This document shows, in pieces, positions 28,248-36,026 of a stretch of DNA of 64,000 bases. The notes under the pieces are model-generated. The model saw only the letters and a program-made list of their open reading frames with translations, did no database searches and was not told the DNA's origin. The first letter of the stretch is position 1. Each line of letters begins with the position of its first letter. Source of the stretch: Candidatus Moraniibacteriota bacterium (lineage in GTDB: Bacteria; Patescibacteriota; Minisyncoccia; Moranbacterales; GCA-2747515); NCBI GenBank assembly GCA_046116545.1, contig CP175956.1, forward strand, positions 833,734-897,733. Reading direction: 5' to 3'. The position numbers were made by a program, and so were the translations under genes.

Positions 28248-29615
28248 TTATACCATCCGACGAGGAAAATAATCTCCATCATTCCTCAGTCTAATATCAC
28301 GCCCGCAGTAGCGATCACCTTCAGCACACTTTCCAAGCTCAAAGCAAGGTGGCTGAAACATCGCTAGGAGGTCTGAATTAATGCCACATTTTTTAGCAAC
28401 AGCTTCACGTTCCAAAACACCTAGATAATAAATTTCTTCTTGAGCACACCAGCAAAGCCTCTTGTACTGTTCATGCAAAATAGCATTAAAGGAGCCTTTT
28501 TTAATATACTCTACAACAGCACCATATGGTGCAAGTATCATTGCAAGAGTCCCTGGAACAGTTTTTTCAATTGAAATCCATTGACTCATAAGGTCACGCG
28601 CTCTACCTCCCAATCCTAATTTTTGCACTATTGGTGGTAAATAAAATGCACCTGTGAATTGTGGAGCACCTCTACGAATTGTACGATGTCTTTGATCTTG
28701 TCCCATAGTTGCCACTGACATTCCGACACATACCTCTATATCGCCAATAGAATTATTCATCATCTCTGGTGCAAAATGTGATTTATCAACTGGATGCATG
28801 ACGTCAGCATTTGGTTGCACAAAAACATGTTCATTTTGAACATTGCATGAAAAAATATATGGCTCAGTTGCAATCTCAATATCACTGTGTGATGGAGGCT
28901 GAACAAACCAATCGCCTTCACGACGTCTACTTTCATCAAATACATATGCAATATCTGGATATTTCTGAGAAAATGCACCTGCAATCTTTGCCGTAACATC
29001 CTTCATTGCTGGCGTCCACGCTTCTTCATACATCGCAACAAGAGCTGTGAGATTTAATGTAAAATCTAAAGCTGTTGGAAAAATGGTTGAAATAAACATG
29101 CGCAGTTGCTCCTGAGCAACCTTTGGCGCAATTTGTGCAACCATTTTATTCGCTATAAATGGACGTTCTTGTCGCAAAAAATCTGCAGCAATTTTATTTG
29201 CTTCAGATTTATTTTCCTGATAAATCTTCACGCCAAACTCTAAGTAACGTTCTATCTCCACAAGATCTCTTGATGATACCTGTGGCCAATACACACGAAC
29301 ATACTGCATCATTTTATCAAAGTCAGGCTCCGTAAACATCTTTGCAGCATATCGTCCACTCCGTTGGTCTGTGTTATAAAATGGACTTACTAGATGTAGT
29401 CCAAAAGTTACATCCCCAACAGCAATGCCATCAATACTATTTGTTCTATAAGCATCAGAATGTTGCATCGTTGTATGATGTGAAACACGGAACAACCTAT
29501 TTTCAACATCAATTTCTTTACCAACTTTTGGCACTGTCGATTGATAACATTGCAACGCAGCATGCGAAGCCGATTGTGTTGGCGTCATGTCTGGTAACAT
29601 TTCTACTTTAATCAT
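28248..29615 (-). CDS. thyX: Flavin-dependent thymidylate synthase ThyX-like; apparent tandem-fused (pseudo-dimeric) form
   Basis: 455 aa, about twice a typical ThyX. The N-half has HHTTMQH...FYNTDQRSGRY, which resembles the ThyX SxRY end of the RHRx7SxRY signature but lacks RHR. The C-half has ATMGQDQRHRTIRRG and CAQEEIYYLGVL, which resemble the ThyX RHR motif and AQWEI helix. GC is higher than in neighbouring genes. Confidence 0.5.
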   Translation of the reverse strand: MIKVEMLPDMTPTQSASHAALQCYQSTVPKVGKEIDVENRLFRVSHHTTMQHSDAYRTNSIDGIAVGDVTFGLHLVSPFYNTDQRSGRYAAKMFTEPDFDKMMQYVRVYWPQVSSRDLVEIERYLEFGVKIYQENKSEANKIAADFLRQERPFIANKMVAQIAPKVAQEQLRMFISTIFPTALDFTLNLTALVAMYEEAWTPAMKDVTAKIAGAFSQKYPDIAYVFDESRRREGDWFVQPPSHSDIEIATEPYIFSCNVQNEHVFVQPNADVMHPVDKSHFAPEMMNNSIGDIEVCVGMSVATMGQDQRHRTIRRGAPQFTGAFYLPPIVQKLGLGGRARDLMSQWISIEKTVPGTLAMILAPYGAVVEYIKKGSFNAILHEQYKRLCWCAQEEIYYLGVLEREAVAKKCGINSDLLAMFQPPCFELGKCAEGDRYCGRDIRLRNDGDYFPRRMV

Positions 29616-29631
29616 CTTTTACCACCTCCAA

Positions 29632-29895
29632 TTAAATTTGTTTGAGAAAAACTCTAAATTCAGAAACTTTTTCTTCAAATTTTTTGTATGTATGTTCCAT
29701 TTCTCTCTTTGCACACGTATCACATTTGTAATCCGCAAACCGTGGACAATTACAAAATGAACAAATAACCACTTGAAATTCTTTTGTTCCACCTTTTTTA
29801 CAAATGACTCCAATTAATTGAAGACCTTCTTTTTCTGCCCCGTCCTTAGATTCTTGACTAACAGTCTCTGGAATTGTCCATTTTTTATCACCCAC
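29632..29895 (-). CDS. Small Cys-rich zinc-ribbon-like protein immediately upstream of thyX-like gene
   Basis: VICSFCNCPRFADYKCDTCAK gives a CxxCxC...CxxC pattern. 87 aa. Confidence 0.4.
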   Translation of the reverse strand: MGDKKWTIPETVSQESKDGAEKEGLQLIGVICKKGGTKEFQVVICSFCNCPRFADYKCDTCAKREMEHTYKKFEEKVSEFRVFLKQI

Positions 29896-29963
29896 AATTC
29901 TTCCTCCACTTATAATTTAATAATGTAAAATTAATATACAAAACTGTATTATTATGAGTTTAT

Positions 29964-30055
29964 GTTAAAAAACAAAAAAACTAGTATCTTACTAGTTTCT
30001 AAACTATTGCATCTTACAGTTCTTTAGTCAACCAAAAAATAAAAACTAACCAAAT
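29964..30055 (-). terminator. Two tandem intrinsic terminators after the dNMP-kinase / dCMP-deaminase genes
   Basis: aaactagtatcttactagttt and aaactaaccaaatgttagttt hairpins. On the minus strand each is followed by a T-run. Confidence 0.55.
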
Positions 30056-30114
30056 GTTAGTTTTTAAATATCACATCTATTGCAACATCAATCAATGATT
30101 ATTAATCATATCAT

Positions 30115-30672
30115 TTAACACACTTTTTTTGAATCAACTAGATCATCAACTTGCTTATGTAATTCTTCAACACTTCCACTATTATTTATAATGACATCAG
30201 CAAACTCTTTTAATCCTTTAACTTGTGCTTCTGATTCATTTTTGCTTTCTGCCTCAAATTCTTCAAATGTTTTATTTTGATCATCTACATTTTCACTTCT
30301 TTGAATAATTCTTTCATATCTTGTTCTAATATCAACATCTATATAAACAAGCTTAAATTCTGGCAATTCTTTTAAATATTTTATATCATCCATACGGCGA
30401 ACACCGTCAATTACAATGATTTCAGCAGCATCACTTTTTGCATCCTCAGCCATTACTCTTGCCATCGTATCTTCTCCATAAGTTTGACGAAGCATTGTTG
30501 AGAGATTTTGCAAGTTATCACGAGAATTTTCCAAATGCAATCTATCAAGAACATCTCTAAGCATTGTAGAAAAACGATGTTGTGAAGTGTCACATTTTTC
30601 ATTTAAATATTCTGATACTGTTCCTTTACCACTTGCCATTTCTCCTGCAAGTCCCAAAACCATTCTTGTCAT
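30115..30672 (-). CDS. P-loop deoxynucleoside monophosphate kinase, phage T4 gp1-like (paralog A)
   Basis: LGLAGEMASGKGTVSEYL P-loop and C-terminal INNSGSVEELHKQVDDL resemble T4 dNMP kinase (SGKDT ... NDGSLEEL). It is paralogous to the 31206-31778 gene, with a shared FEEFEAES segment. Confidence 0.55.
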   Translation of the reverse strand: MTRMVLGLAGEMASGKGTVSEYLNEKCDTSQHRFSTMLRDVLDRLHLENSRDNLQNLSTMLRQTYGEDTMARVMAEDAKSDAAEIIVIDGVRRMDDIKYLKELPEFKLVYIDVDIRTRYERIIQRSENVDDQNKTFEEFEAESKNESEAQVKGLKEFADVIINNSGSVEELHKQVDDLVDSKKVC

Positions 30673-30690
30673 TTTTTTGATATTATAAAA

Positions 30691-31182
30691 TTATTTATCA
30701 ATCTTCTTTAACTCAATTCTATTTTGTGGTTCATATTGTCTCAACTTTATACCAGCTGTCTCAAGCATTTTTCTAGCTATTTTAAATATATCAATATTTG
30801 CATACTTATCCGAAACATAAATAACTTCTTTCACACCACTTTGGATAATTATTTTTGCACATTCATTACAAGGAAATAGACTTACATAAAGCCTGCAACC
30901 ACTTACATTATCATTTGCATTCATGATAGCATTTGCCTCAGCATGAACTACATAAGCATATTTTGATTCAGATGTCTCACCATCTCTGCACCAAGGTAAA
31001 TCATCATCATGACAGCCTCTAGGAAATCCATTATATCCAAGTCCTACTACAACATTTTCATTATTCACAATGCAAGACCCGACCTGAGTTGAAGGATCTT
31101 TTGAACGCATAGCTATGAGATTACTCATAAGTACAAATGTCTCATCCCAATCAAGATATTCTTGCCTTTTATCATTTTTCAT
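30691..31182 (-). CDS. dCMP deaminase (ComEB-type cytidine/deoxycytidylate deaminase)
   Basis: Zinc-binding HAEANAIMNA and LFPCNECAKIIIQSGVKEVIYVSD. The N-terminus reads WDETFVLMSNLIAMRSKDPSTQVGSCIV. Confidence 0.8.
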   Translation of the reverse strand: MKNDKRQEYLDWDETFVLMSNLIAMRSKDPSTQVGSCIVNNENVVVGLGYNGFPRGCHDDDLPWCRDGETSESKYAYVVHAEANAIMNANDNVSGCRLYVSLFPCNECAKIIIQSGVKEVIYVSDKYANIDIFKIARKMLETAGIKLRQYEPQNRIELKKIDK

Positions 31183-31205
31183 AATAATGTTTTATTCTAT
31201 CAACC

Positions 31206-31778
31206 TTAATTACAACGTTTTTTTTGCAAAATATTTTTCATAGCATCATCAACTTGCCACAACAAATCATCCATGGATCCATCATTTTTTACAGTAAAAT
31301 CAGCATCTTTTCCAATTACTGGAATTGCCTTTTCTGTTTCTGATTCTGCTTCAAATTTTTTAAATTCATCGAAAGTCTGATCATCATCGCTCTTTTCACC
31401 ACGGCTAGTAACTCGTTTCCATCTCAACTCTTGATCAGCTGTTACATATATAATATAACTATCTTCAAATGATCTTATGAATTCAAGATCCATCATCATA
31501 CGCATACCATTAACACACATAATACCATGATGTTGATGTACATACCTCAATACACCTTTATGCAAAACATCTTCTCCAAAACGATCTTTAAACATACTAT
31601 ACAACCATGCTTGGTCTTCTTTTGAAGATTTATCAAAAAACAAATCCAATGTTTTTTTAAGTGGCATCCCAAATCGTAATAAATCAACATCGTATCGACG
31701 TTTCAAATAATGTGCAACTGTATCTTTCCCACTTCCAGTCTCCCCTACTAATCCAATGATGATTTTTTCATTATACAT
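31206..31778 (-). CDS. P-loop deoxynucleoside monophosphate kinase, phage T4 gp1-like (paralog B)
   Basis: IIGLVGETGSGKDTVAHYL closely matches the T4 gp1 FLSGVKRSGKDTTADFI. The C-terminal TVKNDGSMDDLLWQV matches ITNDGSLEELFSKI. Confidence 0.55.
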   Translation of the reverse strand: MYNEKIIIGLVGETGSGKDTVAHYLKRRYDVDLLRFGMPLKKTLDLFFDKSSKEDQAWLYSMFKDRFGEDVLHKGVLRYVHQHHGIMCVNGMRMMMDLEFIRSFEDSYIIYVTADQELRWKRVTSRGEKSDDDQTFDEFKKFEAESETEKAIPVIGKDADFTVKNDGSMDDLLWQVDDAMKNILQKKRCN

Positions 31779-31870
31779 ATAACTATTTTGTAGAAACTAA
31801 CTTTTTACTTATAAATTATATAGCAAAATTTGTGGAGTTGCAAGTTAAGAATATCCTAAACAAATAACCA

Positions 31871-31905
31871 CCCCTCAATCCCCTCTTTAAAAAGGAGTGG
31901 AGGTA
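31871..31905. repeat. Dispersed hairpin repeat (family C)
   Basis: cccctcaatcccctctttaaaaaggagtggagg, similar to the unit at 7073-7108. Confidence 0.7.
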
Positions 31906-31910
31906 AAAAC

Positions 31911-31970
31911 TAAACTAAACTAAACTAAACTAAACTAAACTAAACTAAACTAAACTAAACTAAACTAAAC
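31911..31970. repeat. Pentanucleotide microsatellite (TAAAC)12
   Basis: Twelve perfect tandem copies of taaac, plus one degenerate copy upstream. The repeat lies upstream of the minus-strand dNMP kinase gene and downstream of rplA. Confidence 0.95.
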
Positions 31971-32001
31971 AGAATTAAGCTTAAGTTAAATTAATAATAC
32001 A

Positions 32002-32051
32002 TCCTCTCCACCTTTTTAAGGGGGAGATGTCCGAAGGACAGAGGGGGTTTT
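32002..32051. repeat. Dispersed multi-hairpin repeat (family D)
   Basis: cctctccacctttttaagggggagatgtccgaaggacagagggggtttt, near-identical to the unit at 2994-3044. Confidence 0.8.
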
Positions 32052-32120
32052 ACAACAAAAATAAAAAAGACGAGCAAGAAACCCGTCTTTCCAAAATTCA
32101 ATCTAAATCTTTACTCTAAT

Positions 32121-32792
32121 TTATTTAATCTTCACAGCAGGACTCATTGTTGAACAAATACTTGTATTTGCAACCAACTGTCCTTTATGTGCATCATTTT
32201 TACAACCTTTTATAGCCTCCATGAATGCATTATAATTTTCTACTATTTTCGCTGCATCAAATGATACTTTTCCAATAACTTGATGGATGTTTCCTGTATT
32301 ATCATTTTTGAAGTTAGCTTTTCCTTTTTTCAAAGATTCTACTGCAGCAGCAACATTTGGAGTTACTGTGTCTGTTTTTGGACTAGGCATAAGACCTCGT
32401 GGTCCAAGTACTCTAGCAGCTTGAGCAAGCTTTGGCATCATATCTGGAGTTGCTACCAATACATCAACATCTGGCAATTCTCCACCCTTCATTTTGTCAA
32501 TCAACTCTTGCCCACCAATCAAATCAGCTCCTGCTTTTTTTGCTTCGTCTGCTTTATCTTCTGTTATAACACCTACGCGAACTTCTTTTCCAGTTCCTCC
32601 TGGCAACACAACACTTCCACGAACTGATTGTTCACCTTTTTTAGTATCAATGTTAAGTCGTACATGCAATTCAATTGATTCATCAAATTTAGCACTTGCA
32701 TTTTCTTTTACGAATGCAATAGCTTCTTCAACTGTCATTTCTTCAGTTGCACGTTTTTCTACTGCTGCTTTATAGTTTTTTCCTCTTTTCAT
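32121..32792 (-). CDS. rplA: 50S ribosomal protein L1
   Basis: MKRGKNYKAAVEK...VELHVRLNIDTKKGEQSVRGSVVLPGGTGK is L1 signature sequence. Confidence 0.95.
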   Translation of the reverse strand: MKRGKNYKAAVEKRATEEMTVEEAIAFVKENASAKFDESIELHVRLNIDTKKGEQSVRGSVVLPGGTGKEVRVGVITEDKADEAKKAGADLIGGQELIDKMKGGELPDVDVLVATPDMMPKLAQAARVLGPRGLMPSPKTDTVTPNVAAAVESLKKGKANFKNDNTGNIHQVIGKVSFDAAKIVENYNAFMEAIKGCKNDAHKGQLVANTSICSTMSPAVKIK

Positions 32793-32893
32793 AATACTTT
32801 CGTGGTTTTAACGAATCATCCGACTCTCCCACAAATTATTTAATTAAATACTTTTCAAATTCATCATTCTGAAATTCATTTCAGAATCTTCCT

Positions 32894-33319
32894 TTATTCA
32901 ACTTTGATACCCATTGAACGAGCTGTGCCTTCTACAATTTTCATTGCTCCTTCTACATCAGCAGCATTCAAATCAACCATCTTGATCTCTGCGATTTCTT
33001 TCACCTGATTTTTAGTAACGCTTCCAACCTTATCAGCTAATGGATTTCCCGCTCCTTTTTTCACACCTGCTGCTTTTTTCAATAATTCAGCACACGGAGG
33101 TGTCTTCATTATAAAACTAAATGAACGATCCTCATAAACTGTAATCTCAATAGGAACTATATCTCCCATTTTCTCTTTTGTTGCCTCATTAAATTGAGAA
33201 CAAAAATCTTGAATGTTTATACCATGTTGACCTAATGCTGGTCCTACTGGAGGAGCTGGATTAGCTTTTCCTGCTGGAATTTGCAATTTCAACGTTGTCA
33301 TCACTTTTTTGTCTGCCAT
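32894..33319 (-). CDS. rplK: 50S ribosomal protein L11
   Basis: [27 protein letters not shown] is the L11 N-terminal signature. Confidence 0.95.
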   Translation of the reverse strand: MADKKVMTTLKLQIPAGKANPAPPVGPALGQHGINIQDFCSQFNEATKEKMGDIVPIEITVYEDRSFSFIMKTPPCAELLKKAAGVKKGAGNPLADKVGSVTKNQVKEIAEIKMVDLNAADVEGAMKIVEGTARSMGIKVE

Positions 33320-33413
33320 AATCTTTCTATAAATAATTAGTAATTCATTAAATGATTTTTTCTATACTTATTCATTTTAGTGCAGTTCAAGGAAAAATGA
33401 ATTATGTATAAAA

Positions 33414-33959
33414 TTATATCTTTGAGATTTGTAAAAAATCAAGTTCCACTGGTGTCTCTCGTCCAAACACCATAACAAGAACTTTCACCTTACCCTTTGA
33501 TTCATCAAATTCTTGAACTTCTCCATCAAAATCCTTAAACGGACCATCTGTAATTTTTATACTTTCACCTTTTTTAACATCAATGCGATATTTTGGTTCA
33601 TCTGTTCCCATCTTCTTCTGAATAGAAAATATCTCTTCTGGGTTAACTGGTGTCGGTGTAGTTCCAAGACCTATAAAACCTGTTACATTTGGAGTATTAC
33701 GCACCACGTACCATGATGCATCTGTTACTACCATTTCTACAAGAACATATCCTGGATAAATCTTCTCTTCAACTGTAACTCGTTTATTATTTCGTATTTT
33801 AATCTTCTTTTCCGTAGGAACAATTACATCAAAAATATAATCTTGCATATCCATTGATTCGATACGCTGTCTCAGATTTTTAGTAACATTATCTTCATAT
33901 CCAGAATAAGTATGTAGCACATACCAAGCCTTTCCATGATGTTGCGTTTGTTTAGCCAT
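33414..33959 (-). CDS. nusG: Transcription termination/antitermination factor NusG
   Basis: NGN domain (KAWYVLHTYSGYEDNV) and KOW motif (KITDGPFKDFDGEVQEFD). Confidence 0.9.
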   Translation of the reverse strand: MAKQTQHHGKAWYVLHTYSGYEDNVTKNLRQRIESMDMQDYIFDVIVPTEKKIKIRNNKRVTVEEKIYPGYVLVEMVVTDASWYVVRNTPNVTGFIGLGTTPTPVNPEEIFSIQKKMGTDEPKYRIDVKKGESIKITDGPFKDFDGEVQEFDESKGKVKVLVMVFGRETPVELDFLQISKI

Positions 33960-33991
33960 AGTAATAAATAATTAGTTGCAAAAAAACTTTT

Positions 33992-34177
33992 TTATTTTAA
34001 GATTACGTCTTTTATAAAACTTCCAAACATATAATCCAATACGCCCAAAAATGCCGCTATCGTAAGACTAATAATAATAACTAGTGTTGTATAGTGAATC
34101 GTTTGTTCTTTGCTAGGCCATGAAACTTTTTTCATCTCACTATATGCCTCTCGCAAAAATTGTGTAATTTTTCCCAT
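33992..34177 (-). CDS. secE: Preprotein translocase subunit SecE
   Basis: 61 aa: FLREAYSEMKKVSWPSKEQTIHYTTLVIIISLTIAAFLGVLD, a single TM helix. Conserved position upstream of nusG. Confidence 0.8.
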   Translation of the reverse strand: MGKITQFLREAYSEMKKVSWPSKEQTIHYTTLVIIISLTIAAFLGVLDYMFGSFIKDVILK

Positions 34178-34326
34178 AATTTATTCAATTTTAAAAAAGC
34201 CCCTTCGGGCTCCAATTTCTTATATGAATAATAAACGCTTTTTGTATTTTTGTCAAATACAAAAAGTATATAATCATCTCAACAATTATCAATTTGATAC
34301 ACGATTATCTACTATAATTGCTAAAT

Positions 34327-35928
34327 CTATTTCACAATAGGCATTTCTACTATAAACTTTGAACCTTTACCCAGACCATCAGACTCAGCATAAATCCTGC
34401 CGCCCTGTGACTCAACCAGGTTTTTACCAACATATAATCCCAATCCAGTTCCTTCAGTATACATTTTTGTATCATCTGTACCACGAGAAAACTTTGTGAA
34501 TAAACTAGTCAAAGATTCTTTTGATATTCCCACACCAGAATCCTCAATTATAACGCGTAAAATACTTCCATCTTTTTCCATGGATACATGGATGAAACCT
34601 TCTTTTGTATATTTAACAGCATTATCTATCAAATTTGAAATTACTTCCCTCAATTTTGACCTATCAGCTTTTACAGGAGGTGCTTTACCATCTAAAGTCT
34701 TTATGGTTAACTCAAGCCCTTTCTCCTTTGTGCGAAGTATAAACATATCTTCTAACTCTTCCAAAATTCCATCTATTTGCACATCTTCCATATGATACTC
34801 CAATCTACCTGACTCTATACGAGTAATATTCAATAAATCCTCGACCAATTGAATAAGTCTATCATTTGCCAAAAATATCTTATTCAATGCCCCATCTGTT
34901 TCTTCTGTGTTTTTACCATATGCACCTTCAAGTATAAGAGATACATATCCTTTAATCGCTGTAAGTGGTGTGCGCAACTGATGTGATGCAATTGAAATAA
35001 ATTCTGATTTTGCTTTGTCTAGTCTTTTTAGCTCAATGTTCGCTCTTTTTAAATCTTTTGAAGCTTGCTCCAATTTTATTTTTTGCTCAATTTCCTTATT
35101 AATACTTTTTTTCAAAATAAGAGAAATACTAAAAATACCAACGAAAAAAACTGTATTAATAATATATTCTTCTCTTGAGACAGAAACAAAAATACGACTA
35201 AAAACAATAATATTTAATGCTGTTATTAACAAGTTCACTGCCAAAATTCGAGTATTTAATAAATTATACTTTGTAATTGCATATCCAACAATAATAACAA
35301 AAAGAATGCCTGATAAATACGAAAATGGATATACACCAATGGAGTATGCCGGCAAGAAGCCAATGAAACCAATAATGCTAAAATTCAAAAGTCCCACAAT
35401 GATAAATTTCGTTTGTTGCTTTTTATTACCAGTTGCATTTTTATAAAAAGTTACAAGTTGTCTATAAATTTCTAAAGAATACACAAAAAACAAAAAGAGA
35501 AAAATATGATGAAAAATACGAGCCTGTGCATGAACTCCCCAATCATATCTAAAAACATCTTCAATAAAATAATTTGTAAAAGCAAGTGTTAAAAATAATA
35601 TAAAGAAAATAAAATACGACAATACAAGCATTGGTGTTATTTTTTTATTTCCTACAAAAATCATTACAAAATGAAATAAAAAAATTGGAATAAAGATCAC
35701 AAATGAATAAACAACCTTATCCCAAAAAATAATTGCCGCATCCGTATTACCATAAGAAAACAATACAAACGTCCCAAATAACCACCCTGTGACAGAAAGT
35801 GAAAATAGAAGAAAAACAATATTAAGACTTGAAGTCTTGTTTTTACTCCATACGAAAAAGCCAAGCCAAAGCACAAAGAAAGCACTGACAAGAGGAATGA
35901 TTTGAGTAATACTTATTGATGAGATCAT
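34327..35928 (-). CDS. Sensor histidine kinase with polytopic N-terminal membrane domain (orphan, no adjacent response regulator)
   Basis: At least 7 hydrophobic helices, then coiled coil, HisKA H-box ISIASHQLRTPLTAIKGY, and HATPase_c GTGLGLYVGKNLVESQGGRIYAESDGLGKGSKF. Confidence 0.85.
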   Translation of the reverse strand: MISSISITQIIPLVSAFFVLWLGFFVWSKNKTSSLNIVFLLFSLSVTGWLFGTFVLFSYGNTDAAIIFWDKVVYSFVIFIPIFLFHFVMIFVGNKKITPMLVLSYFIFFILFLTLAFTNYFIEDVFRYDWGVHAQARIFHHIFLFLFFVYSLEIYRQLVTFYKNATGNKKQQTKFIIVGLLNFSIIGFIGFLPAYSIGVYPFSYLSGILFVIIVGYAITKYNLLNTRILAVNLLITALNIIVFSRIFVSVSREEYIINTVFFVGIFSISLILKKSINKEIEQKIKLEQASKDLKRANIELKRLDKAKSEFISIASHQLRTPLTAIKGYVSLILEGAYGKNTEETDGALNKIFLANDRLIQLVEDLLNITRIESGRLEYHMEDVQIDGILEELEDMFILRTKEKGLELTIKTLDGKAPPVKADRSKLREVISNLIDNAVKYTKEGFIHVSMEKDGSILRVIIEDSGVGISKESLTSLFTKFSRGTDDTKMYTEGTGLGLYVGKNLVESQGGRIYAESDGLGKGSKFIVEMPIVK

Positions 35929-36026
35929 ATTTTTTTATTTTACATAATTAAGTATATCACATAAAAAAACTGTATTCAAAGTAAAAGCCACTTATTAAGT
36001 AAAATTAATAAGTGGCTTCATCTCAA

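Noticed and set aside
28248-29615. Alternative identities for the 455-aa ORF (ThyA/dCMP hydroxymethylase, radical SAM, anaerobic RNR)
   Set aside because: There is no ThyA PCH active-site motif in context, no CxxxCxxC radical-SAM motif and no glycyl-radical RVxGY motif. ThyX-type RHR and SGRY motifs fit better.
31911-31970. Possible CRISPR array
   Set aside because: The only tandem array is a 5-nt microsatellite with no spacers, and no cas genes are present. No CRISPR exists in this window.
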